A stretch of 63,326 nucleotides of DNA, counting the filler, from Aduncisulcus paluster (Eukaryota): the NCBI GenBank assembly GCA_024181965.1. It is 5 parts of 5 records of this genome, joined end to end, with 100 filler letters (N's around TTAATTAATTAA, not from the genome) between each part and the next. Parts side by side here need not be neighbours in the genome. Positions count along the whole stretch, not along the records: positions 43,041 to 53,478 come from BQXS01010126.1; positions 53,579 to 63,326 come from BQXS01010127.1; 3 more parts are not named here. One strand, given 5' to 3'. The number at the start of each line of letters is the position of its first letter. The stretch's first letter is position 1. Shown here piece by piece: positions 47,517 to 58,278 of the stretch. The notes beneath the pieces are model-generated. The model was not told the DNA's origin. It ran no database searches and worked only from the letters and a program-made list of their open reading frames with translations. The position numbers and the translations under genes are program-made.

Positions 47517-47766
47517 ATGGCAATCGAGATTTTCGTCAAAACGTTAACAGGAAAGGTTGAAAAGGTCAATTTTCCGCCAACTAAGACAGTTTTAGAGTTT
47601 AATTAAACTTTTTCTACAAAAGGCCACACCAATCCCAGTTCCGCTTAATACTTCTGGTCGGAAGTTATGCCTTTCAATTCAGGGCCATGAACTTCACGAC
47701 AAAGAAATAATCGGCGTTGTTCACAAGAAACGTGATTTGGTTGTAATGACATATCCCAAGAAGTAG
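47517..47766 (+). pseudogene. Ubiquitin-like protein gene disrupted by a 4-bp TTAA duplication
   Basis: Starts MAIEIFVKTLTGK; removing one TTAA at 47599-47606 gives an 81-aa UBL. Confidence 0.65.
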
Positions 47767-48175
47767 TTTGCACTGCAATCATGGGCATTATGTGACATAA
47801 TAGTATTATATCCCATGAAATACTATTTGATGAAAATTTAGTAAAATATTTCATTGACATTATGCAAATTTACTCAGCAAGTCACTTGATTTGAAATGCA
47901 AGAAGGACTCACTTCGTAAGTTGAGAAATGAAGGGAGAACAATGGAAGGTTACAAGAAGTAAAACCTCGCTGAAAGAACAATAAATAAATTGATGAAAAT
48001 TCCAAAATAAATCATGGTGAATTCCATAATTAAGTACCGATGAGAATATGAGGTTCATACCCGTGTGACAAAGTAGCATAAACTGTACAACTAATACTGT
48101 TCCCTGTTATGCAATACAAACTGAGGACTTAGAATCTATTTATGGATATGGGATGACTATTTTTAGACTACCGGA

Positions 48176-49305
48176 CTAGAAAAAAAAGGAAGACATTTTG
48201 TTGACGATTGTGGACATCAACTTCTGTACAGGTTGTATAGTACCCTCCTTACTAAGGAAAAGGAGAGAAGAAATGCAAGAACGCCGGGAAAACTTCATCT
48301 TTTCCGTGCCTACTTGAAGCTGAACGTCAACAGACACAACGTCATCAAGCTCAATCGAAATACGATGCCATTCATACTCATTCTTTAGTGGAGTGAACCG
48401 ATATTTCCTGTAATATGGCACACCTTCACGATCAAAAATGGTAGCTTTTATCGACAATGGGTGAAAATCTTTGTGAAGACAGATATAAGCACACTCAAGG
48501 TTGCTAGGAATTCTAAATGGAACATAAATATGAGATAGAGATACTTCACTCTGTCCTCTCAACATTTTACGGGCCCAGGCACTCTTGTCGTACCACTTGG
48601 AAAAGGTATGCAATGAATTATCACCGGCAGACACCTTGAAAAAAGAGGGTGCTCGAACTCGGGGATCATCTCTGGGAATAGGACATGAAAATCTATCTCC
48701 CGTTCTCAAAAAAGTTGAAACCGTTTCTTCGAACTTCTCAGTAAGTTCTCTTCCTTGACGCATCTCTGCCTCCACGGCTGTTTCGTCACGAACAAATATA
48801 AGAGAATTGAGAGCAAAAGAATCATTTCCTGAAGAATCATATCCTCTGATGAAACACTTTGTAACAGATCTCAGACGATCGTTATCAATGGGAAGAAGAA
48901 ACCAAGAACCTTGTTCGACAGAGGGCAGAGAAAATTGGTAGCGGTGAATTGCGTCTCTTTCATGAAAATAAATTCGTAGTAATTTGGCATCATTTGGCAC
49001 TTTAGAGACACAAACATAAATTCCCGAGATTTTAGAGGCACCAGAATGTTCCGAGAAAGGAATAGAAATATCTGAATATTTTTTACCACAGTGAGAGCTC
49101 TCTCCTAAGATCATGGATTTAGCCGAAGAACTAACAACTTTGCCATAGATAGTGGATTCAATAGTAGTGAAATTGGGAATGATTATCCTCGGATCATCCC
49201 GAGATAAAGGAGGGAAGTTAAATTCCCAAAATGAATGAATTTGGCCTTAGTTGACTCTTTTATGTCGGATGATAGCTGAGTTGCTTTTGAACTAGAGCAT
49301 CCCAT
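48176..49305 (-). CDS. Dual-acylation-motif protein with two copies of a lineage-specific beta-rich domain (1-nt frameshift near 49212)
   Basis: MGCSSSK at 49305; repeats PLSRDDPR/PIPRDDPR...SIPF...YVC..W..LPI. Confidence 0.7.
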
Positions 49306-49649
49306 AAGCTTTTATATAGAAAATAAAACGAAAAGGTTAAAATTCATAATACTCAAAGTAAGGATAATTCTAATGAGAAAATTAAAATGAAAAAGGGGGG
49401 TATATATTGAAATATGAACATACACTGCCGAATAAGCTTCGCACGAATATTATCCAAGGAAATCAAACTGGTTTATGTTTATTTTCAATTTGCTTGTACT
49501 TCAGTTGAAAAGATATTGAATATATAAAATAAAACATAAATACTTTAATAATATTGTATTTATTCTATTTCTATTTTCCATTGTCAAAAGATAAAACATG
49601 AGGATCAATCCTTCAAGAATGCAAGTTGCGATATATATAAAAACAATAA

Positions 49650-51236
49650 TTATTTCAGAAAAGTGATAAAATCTTCACAGAAAAGATCACCCCTCTTCTT
49701 CTCAATCCAATGATATAGGGAAAGGACAATCTTCCTGGCTTCGTCTTCAGGCAGGTCCCCATCCAGCACACATATTAAAATAATTCTACTTGCAAATATT
49801 GAGAAGAACAATTCTCTGCCGGTCTTGTGCATTGCTGTTCTGGTTGTATGAGTCAAAGATAGATAAGGAGCATCTTTGAGGATTAATATGTTCTTATATA
49901 TGTCAATAATTCTTTCAGTCTCTTTTTGAGATGTACAATATGCCGGAACACACATCTGTGGGACTTCTGTCGAGGAGGAGGGTTGGAGAAGCACGACAAA
50001 ATGGCGAATAATAGCCTGACCAGTATCCTTGGGCATAATAAATGGAAGTAACGTTGTCAACCCAAGCAAACGAACGGCAGAAAACGGACACTCTTGTTGT
50101 TGATCAATGGGTTCACTTGGAATGAGATCAGCAGTAATCAAGGAAGCATCAGACATTCCTTCAAGCTCATCCTTCAAACTCACTTCTCTCTCTTCTCCCT
50201 CTTCTCTCTCTTCTCTTCCTTCTTTCTCTTCTCTTCCTTCTTTCTCTTCTCTTCCTTCTTTCTCTCCCTCATCTTTGTCAGATAGATCCCTATCCTTCTT
50301 TTCCACCATAGATTTGTAGCGATCGTGTTCTCTGAGAAGTTCTTTGACAGAATCATCCTCCGTGATGCCATGTTGAGTGAATTTATCATACATGGAGTCC
50401 ACAATGGGCTGGTATATCGACTTTACGTTCTTGGGATCTTTTAAATATAACAATACCTTCTTGACATACCCGCTCTTCTGAACCACTTGCATTTGATTAT
50501 AGTCGTGTGTGAGAATGGTACAAAACACATTCTCGGCCAATTTAAACAGATGAAAATAATAAGATTGTTGATGAGAGGGGAAACCAATCGCTAACCACAT
50601 ATTTTGTTCGACATCTTTCTCATACATCTCACGACTTACAACATGGGTAACGCAGATGATATCGTTTGTCGTCACAGAGAAGTCTCTCTGTCTCCACAGA
50701 CCAATCAAATACTGGCCACTTGTTACCATCACCATATTAATGTTGGGGACAGCATACTTCTTAATAGCCGTCGAAAGAACGGACCGAAGGGAATGTGGAA
50801 CACACGCAGTACGAATGGCAGGAAGAAACAAAGAAATATCGGTCTTGGCTCGGCGAATAAGCATATCTAAACGAGGGGCCATCTTAGGGAAACTCAATTC
50901 AGAACGAATATCAGCACCGGGATTATCACGGAGTTTTTTGTGGCAGTTATCCCCAAAATATATCCAGATACTATAATTCAGTAATGTAAGAAAATTGGAG
51001 AGCAAATGTGGAGGAGAGGAAGAATATGCCCCAAAAAAGAATGGTTTGAAATATTTCCAAACGAAATACTTGTTTCCCATTCGTATATACTCTAATTGAT
51101 TATCTAAAGCATCAGCAGTTGAAAAAAGTGCCAGCATCACACCAACATCGGCTGACAGATCTTCTTGTGTCTTAATAAAGGAAAATACTGGTTTTCCTCC
51201 ATCTGTAAAAATAAAAAAATCATCTTCTTCCATCAT
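49650..51236 (-). CDS. MON1: Mon1/SAND family Rab7-GEF subunit
   Basis: FFIFTDGGKPVFS, GVMLALFS and NPGADIRSEL longin motifs; internal EEKEGR tandem repeats. Confidence 0.8.
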   Translation of the reverse strand: MMEEDDFFIFTDGGKPVFSFIKTQEDLSADVGVMLALFSTADALDNQLEYIRMGNKYFVWKYFKPFFFGAYSSSPPHLLSNFLTLLNYSIWIYFGDNCHKKLRDNPGADIRSELSFPKMAPRLDMLIRRAKTDISLFLPAIRTACVPHSLRSVLSTAIKKYAVPNINMVMVTSGQYLIGLWRQRDFSVTTNDIICVTHVVSREMYEKDVEQNMWLAIGFPSHQQSYYFHLFKLAENVFCTILTHDYNQMQVVQKSGYVKKVLLYLKDPKNVKSIYQPIVDSMYDKFTQHGITEDDSVKELLREHDRYKSMVEKKDRDLSDKDEGEKEGREEKEGREEKEGREEREEGEEREVSLKDELEGMSDASLITADLIPSEPIDQQQECPFSAVRLLGLTTLLPFIMPKDTGQAIIRHFVVLLQPSSSTEVPQMCVPAYCTSQKETERIIDIYKNILILKDAPYLSLTHTTRTAMHKTGRELFFSIFASRIILICVLDGDLPEDEARKIVLSLYHWIEKKRGDLFCEDFITFLK

Positions 51237-51596
51237 AATAGCTGTCTAGTTAACTAATTTGACGTAAATGAGTAAATGATTAAAAACGATTAATATAATT
51301 GCGTAAGTTCTGGTAGAAAAATCAATTAACGGATATTACGTCTGCAAAATGAACGATTGTGCGGGCCAAACACTGGATTTGAAAATAAAGTTCTAGGAGA
51401 GGGAAATTGTGACCTAAAAGGATCATGTTTAGTATAACCATATTTGTATCGATAAGTTAAATTTATTGAATAATACTATTCGGGAGTTTTTTTTTTATTT
51501 CATATTGAATTTTCAAAAATCTATTCAAAGTTTGAATAGTGATAGGAGGAGGCCATTTGATTGCTCCTTGATGCTGAAATTCAAGTCACACGTTGT

Positions 51597-52624
51597 TTAC
51601 ACAACAGTGCATGAAGAAAAATGACTCAAAAATGATTTCTTCTTTAACTTAGTTGGGCTCTCATCATCGCATGTTTTTTGGAATTCTTCTTTTTCCATTT
51701 CTCGGTCTAATTTACGGAGTCTCTTTTCTTCTTCAAGAGTCTTAGCAAGAGGGTTCATTTCCTCCTCATCTTCAGAGATGATCTCCACTTGTGGTTTATC
51801 TTCGTGCTCTTCCTCCGAAATTATTTCCACGGGCTTCTCTTCTCCTTCAACTTCGGGAATTGATTTTTGAAGGAAACGGATGGCAGCAATGGAAACAACG
51901 TTATCTTCCTCGTCAGGGGAGTAGAGTTCACCACACTTAATGGAACATGAAACAACATTAGAAACAGCAACAGGAAGCTCATGCCATTCAAAAGCATGCT
52001 CTGGACGACATATAGCATAATCCTTCTTCACAGAGTCACCGTTGGAAGTGACAAATTCAATAGGAAGCGTTTTAGGGCCATCAACTTCACCAACGCAAAT
52101 AAAAATAGAGGAAATGTTGTAAGGTTTAACAAAAGGAATGGAGATTGAAGAAAAAACAGCACCACCAGTTCCATCTAAGAGCTCTTGCACACCTCCACTT
52201 CCAGCAGGAACATCCTCCTCTTTAGCGGAATCAATATCAGCTTGGCATGAATTTTTATGTTTAATGGAGATTGGGGGCTGAAACAATTCTGGCTCAGACT
52301 CAATAAGTTCACACTCTTTGATAAATTTNNNNNNNNNNNNNNNNNNNNCGTTTTAGGGCCATCAACTTCACCAACGCAAATAAAAATAGAGGAAATGTTG
52401 TAAGGTTTAACAAAAGGAATGGAGATTGAAGAAAAAACAGCACTACCAGTTCCATCTAAGAGCTCTTGCACACCTCCACTTCCAGCAGGAACATCCTCCT
52501 CTTTAGCGGAATCAATATCAGCTTGGCATGAATTTTTATGTTTAATGGAGATTGGGGGCTGAAACAATTCTGGCTCAGACTCAATAAGTTCACACTCTTT
52601 GATAAATTTGCTTTCAATGGACAT
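51597..52624 (-). CDS. Protein with the same lineage-specific domain as 48176-49305 (5' part duplicated at gap)
   Basis: FSSISIPF..P.NISSIFICV...GPK, FEWHELPV..NVVSC. Confidence 0.7.
52068..52609. repeat. Duplicated overlap around a 20-N gap
   Basis: 52068-52328 is repeated at 52349-52609 with few SNPs. Confidence 0.9.
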
Positions 52625-53170
52625 TCTATAATAAAATAAAGATAATGTTAATAAAATTTGATGAAAAAGGGATATATATGAAAAAAATAGTTAGAAATAT
52701 GTATTGAACTCTATAAGAAAACACAATACGGATGTTCATTGTTTGAACGATGAAGAAAGTGTTAAAACATACTTAAGTTTATAAAATTGAATTGACAGAT
52801 TGTGTTATACAGTAAAACACAAATATAAAAATATTATGGAATCAAGAACGGTAATATTAAGACACACAAAACGCACTTCCGTATCTTCTAGATTAGATAT
52901 TAAAATGATCAAACAATAATAAAATATTTTATTGTAATATATTTTAATGGATAGGTCTCCAATGTTTTAGTAATTTCCCTCTATTTCGCAAGCAATCACA
53001 AAATTTTACGAAAATATTGACAACCGTATAAACAGATTTTATATCCAACAAAATATATTAAATTGGCATAATTTAATCTATTTTTTGGGTCAAAAATACA
53101 AGGAGGGTTGTTAAACATTCAGAAGAGGTTTCAATGCCTCAAAGGGAAAAATACAAAACAATAATTTGTT

Positions 53171-53478
53171 TCATTTAATAAATTGGTATTCTACTCTCCC
53201 TTTACACGCGAAATCTCGAGCTAACTTGGCACAAATATCACACATGTAAGCCCATTTGTGATCAGAACAAACATCATTGATCACAAGGGAAACTGAGTTT
53301 CTCAAATGACAAATATAGCATATTGGAGAAGGACATCCCAAGATATTATGGTAGAATGGCGAATGGCCATGTTTCCCTCCTTGACCAATATCCTTATGAT
53401 GCCACACGATTCCCTCAACATATAACCATCCAACACATGCTGGAGTGATAATTATCAATTTTCGGCAAACATTAATGA
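53171..53478 (-). CDS. SNAPC3: C-terminal fragment of SNAPc subunit 3 (SNAP50)-like zinc finger protein
   Basis: CYIC-x10-ND-x10-CDIC has the spacing of the SNAP50 C-terminal finger; 5' end lost at the spacer. Confidence 0.6.
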
Positions 53479-53578
53479 NNNNNNNNNNNNNNNNNNNNNN
53501 NNNNNNNNNNNNNNNNNNNNNNTTAATTAATTAANNNNNNNNNNNNNNNNNNNNNNNNNNNNNNNNNNNNNNNNNNNN
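53479..53578. other. Artificial scaffold spacer
   Basis: N44-TTAATTAATTAA-N44. Confidence 0.95.
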
Positions 53579-53579
53579 C

Positions 53580-53669
53580 AACGAAGATTCTGAGGAACTG
53601 TTGTGTACTGTTATTAGCGCTCTTGGCAAGGAACGCATTGTAGCTTATCGTGTTGGAAGAGAAGGGTGA
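53580..53669 (+). CDS. EIF5A: C-terminal fragment of eIF5A
   Basis: NEDSEELLCTVISALGKERIVAYR resembles the eIF5A C-terminus (TV.SAMG.E.I). Confidence 0.6.
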   Translation, partial: NEDSEELLCTVISALGKERIVAYRVGREG

Positions 53670-54408
53670 AAAGAAGGTCGATAAGAAGGTCGTTGGTGTA
53701 ACTTATTGATTGTCATTGATAACTGTTCTAGACCCACGTCCTCTTAGCTGTTTGTTTTTGTTTCTTGACTACCTATCTGTTATCTTCTTTAACTAATTGA
53801 TGATGTTGTTTTTCTCTACTATTTCTGACTATTTTGATGGCCATGTTTCTTATTGGTCATTCTCTCTTCGATCTCTACTTTCTATATTCACCCCTTGATA
53901 AATCTTTTTATTTTGTATTAGCACTCTTGCTGATGATCTTCTTACCGTGTGATCCTGGATCTGTCTCCCTTTGTCCCTTTTCTCCCTTCTCTAAGGTGTG
54001 TTTGACATGACAGCTCTTTGCGATTCCTCCTTTCTATCTTTCTATCGTCTTTTTATTGATTTCTTGATACAGTAAAAAACTGCTTGAAAATGTATTTTCC
54101 GAATTTTTAATTTATTATTATGAATATCATACAATAATATCTTGATGATAATTTTGTATGATATTAATCATCTTGGAACAATACTGGGTTCGAAACTTGT
54201 ATCCATCGAAATTAGATAAGAACAAGGACATAATAATTCAAAAAGTTAATTAATACGGATTTATCTGTGAAATATATGACAGATGACTTTGACCACTAAT
54301 AAACTAAAGTGCCAAGTCCAAATCAAGAGGTTTTGGCCAAAAATAACAATAGTTGGTGGGAATTAATAGAGTCATTTGATTAACATAATATTTTATTAAT
54401 TCATTATA

Positions 54409-57400
54409 ATGCAACTTGGCAATATTATTGTGTGTAGTCTCGGATCATTGTTTATCGCTGCTGTTGTGATTGTATTGGTTTCAATATTTTCATACCTTTT
54501 TAAAAATGTTTCAAAATATGCAAAATCTGATTCGATAAGAAGTGAATCGTTGACATTTCGTGAAAAATGGAAGCTTTTTAAGAATCCTTTCAAATTGCAA
54601 CGAACAGTTCCCCCTTTGATAATTCCTGATAATTCCAAGGTTGAATCGGTCTTATTGACACATCAAGGAGAATGGTTTTTGAAGATGTATTCATTTCGCC
54701 GGTCATTTTTCAATATGGCTCTAATCATCTCTGGAATTCACCTCCTTTTCAGTCTTCTTCGATATGTTAACGATGGAAGTAATTTTTTCAGCACTTTATT
54801 TATGGGAGTTCAGATAATTGAAACGTATGATGTAGAATCACAGGATTATATCCTCGATACATCTACTACTACAGCTTACGAGAATCTTCTTATTGTTCTT
54901 GTAATATCGATCTGGATGTTTCAGCTCTCTTGGTGGGCTCAAAATGCACGCAAAGAGAATATTTTATCACGGAATATCACTCCGACGTACATGTTGCAAG
55001 AAAGACTGCGAGAAGTCGTCCTTGAAGAGCAAAAAACTAAGAGATTAAAGGCAGAAAAGGCTAAACAAGAAGAGATCAGACAATCATTCTCTCATTCGGC
55101 GAAATCTAAGAAAGAAGAAGAAGATTTTTCTTCAGAAGCTGGTGAGGAAAGGGAAATCTATTTCAAAATGGATGACGATAAGGTTTTTGAGGATTTCAAT
55201 AATGATCACACGGAAGGATCTCCCTCTCAAGACATCCAAAGAACTCTAACGTACCGTAATATAATCAGACGCTCCATCCTGATTCCAAACGTCGCCAAAG
55301 ATACCAAAAGAAATCGCACCCTCATGCGAGTTGTCCTGAAACATGCTGCCAAAATGGGTTGTGTGAGTGTCGTGACTATCTTGCCTATCTGGAAGAATGA
55401 AAAGGGTGGTGGCTTTGCAGGGAAGCGAGATATTGATAAGGAACGTGAAGATGGTGAGAGGAGAGCGGAAGGAGGAAGAGAGGAAGCTTCCTTGGAACGA
55501 GGTGATAGTGTTCATTTGGAACATAGTTCTCCTGATAGTTTGTTCAAGGCAAGCAAAAAGAAAGAAGGAGATGCAGTGTGCGTTCCAAGTCCTGAGAAAC
55601 TTCCTGTTCTATCTTTGGGTTCTGAAGAANNNNNNNNNNNNNNNNNNNNACTATCTTGCCTATCTGGAAGAATGAAAAGGGTGGTGGCTTTGCAGGGAAG
55701 CGAGATATTGATAAGGAACGTGAAGATGGTGAGAGGAGAGCGGAAGGAGGAAGAGAGGAAGCTTCCTTGGAACGAGGTGATAGTGTTCATTTGGAACATA
55801 GTTCTCCTGATAGTTTGTTCAAGGCAAGCAAAAAGAAAGAAGGAGATGCAGTGTGCGTTCCAAGTCCTGAGAAACTTCCTGTTCTATCTTTGGGTTCTGA
55901 AGAAGTTGATGGTTCTTCAGCCACTGAATTGGTTCCGGTTGAACTCCATGATGGTGGTGAAGAGAAGGAAGGTGATGAGGATCCAAAATTGGACTCACCC
56001 TCTGAATCGAATGGAAAGAAGAAAGAGAAGAAGAAAGCTATCGTTGTAATAACAGACACTGCCAATGCCATTGTTGTCCCCGTGAAGAAGTTCTTTACAA
56101 ACTTGTTCTCATCCCATCATTCGTGTGATTTATCGTACAATATGGTGATTACCATGACTGACCATTTCTCAGTTGAACGTGTAAAGACCCTGATCGATGA
56201 TAGTCAAGCTTATATCATAATGTTGTATGCTTTCATTCTCGGAGATGTTTTTCCTTCACTGTTGACCATTCCAACTATGAAAGATTGTCCTTCTGATTAT
56301 GATATTGAATGGAAGAACGTAAATAATTCGGTGACAAGTGTGAGTTCTATTTTTAGCACTATTGGAAGTGTATTGTTATGTTTCCTTGTTATGTGCCTGT
56401 GTTTTGTCGTGATTTGTGTGTTTGTCTGCTTGAATGCTCTTAACGATGATATCTTCAATGGATACGCACATGCTTGTTTGAATGTAATTATAGCCCTTTG
56501 TGTTAGTGCAGTGTTATTATTCAGTCTCAGAGCTTTCAGAAAGATCATGTTTGAAAAGATGCTCTCATCTATCTCACGAGCAACAAACAGATCTATTTTT
56601 ATCCTATTCCAGACAACTGGTTTGATTGTGTCTCTGGCTGGATGCTTTATGTTGATGAATATCATTGTATCTCATATTAATTTCGTTGATTTGAACCCTA
56701 CTAGGGCTGCCTTGTGCACAATTAAGGTTCTACAAGATGGCACCATCGCTCTCGTTGTCGTGGAGTCTTTCTTTAGGGTTGTTGATAAACGAGCGAGATA
56801 TGTCAAGATGATGAAAGAAAGGGAAGCAATGCAGCAAAAAGAACAGCGTGAGGAGACAGATCCTCTCTTACACGATGAAAAGGACGATGATATGTCAACA
56901 ACAACTTCTTGCCACTCTTCATCCATGGATAGTTCGTTGCAAAGCAAGCCCAGGTTACTCCCATCTGCTGCACCAGAGACCATAGCTGCCGATATTTTCT
57001 CTGTTCTTCTCCCTCTCTCTATGGGTCTTTTAGTTCCATCTACATGGATATATGTGGCTATTTTTGGATTATTCTCAATCACTACTGAGGTTCATGATCA
57101 TATTATGATGGAAGGAATATCGCAAGATGAAGAACAGGATCCCGTTACAGGAGATCGTCCCAATGCTTGGAGTACGCCGGAATTTGCCAGTATCTTTTCC
57201 GTTATCGCCCCTCTTTGTTCTCTTTCGGCTGCTATCTTTGCATTGATTCCATTGGCCATGTACCATATCAATGATTCTGGTGGAGTTTGGGGGAATGCTT
57301 CCCTCCTTGTTGGTGCTACGTTATTGATTACGTCCACATCAGCAGAGTCTAACTGGATTCTTGGAGTTTCTCGAAATGCTCTTGCTTTTGCAACATTCGG

Positions 57401-57821
57401 AATCAGTGATTTGATCTATATTTGGATCAAGAAGTTCTTTGGAGGAGTTGTGGGATCTTTCAGTGGACGAAGGGAGGAAGAAGAAGCTGTTGATCTTGAG
57501 GGATTTGATGAGAATGAAATCAAAAGTTGCTGTTCCCGAATGTTTTCATGCTGTTGCTCTTCTCGCGATGGTCTTGATGGTGAACACTCTGATCATCAAT
57601 CTTCTGTGCCACATGGATACGACAAGCTTGATAAATCCTCAAGAAATCGCTTAAGTACTGCAACAGGCTCCAAATCAACAGTGCGGATTCATGAAGACGA
57701 TGAAAATGTGATGAAAAGAATGTTTTCAACACCTGGCTCAGAACCTTTATGTATGACTCTTCAAGAAGCCTTAAAATGGTCTGTTGAAAAGAGGCCTAAG
57801 GGTGATGATATCCTAGAATGA
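54409..57821 (+). CDS. Divergent OSCA/TMEM63 (CSC1)-like multi-pass channel
   Basis: N-terminal TMs, RRSILIPNV, CPSDYDIEWKNV (cf. AP.P.DI.W.N), then a multi-TM C-terminal half; split by the gap duplication. Confidence 0.6.
55375..55904. repeat. Duplicated overlap around a 20-N gap
   Basis: 55375-55629 is repeated at 55650-55904. Confidence 0.9.
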
Positions 57822-58278
57822 ATAATAATATATTGATAACATTGTCAAAAAATGATGAAAAGATCTGGCCACATTCTGGTTAAAATGTAATAAGACGCAA
57901 GAAGCTGAATAAATATGTAAACTCCTCTGAAGTCTCGTAAGAATTTTTTGAATTGTCAACCACTTGGATTTTTAATTGATAGATATATTTTATTCATGTT
58001 AATCTGCCTCCTCTCCCCTTTTTGAATCGATCAAGCTATAATTGAACTCAATTGACGTGATTTTGAAAGTGCAAATCTATTTTTAGAAAATCTATTTTTA
58101 GAAATGTACTTTTCCATTTCTCTTTGTTTTTGATATTTGAGCGTTTTTAGGTTTGATACCTGTCAAAAAATGGGTTGTATTGTTGTGATTCCTAGCATTA
58201 ACAACAAATTATAGATCGTGTAAGCATAAATTGATGTTGTTACAGAAAGCAACCTAGTACCAGCTGAGTATATACAAT

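Noticed and set aside
50185-50270. 18-bp tandem repeats, considered as a CRISPR-like array
   Set aside because: No spacers; they are coding EEKEGR repeats inside MON1.
54185-54200. GGTTCGAA resembling a tRNA T-loop
   Set aside because: No T-stem or cloverleaf in the flanks; no tRNA or rRNA recognised in the window.
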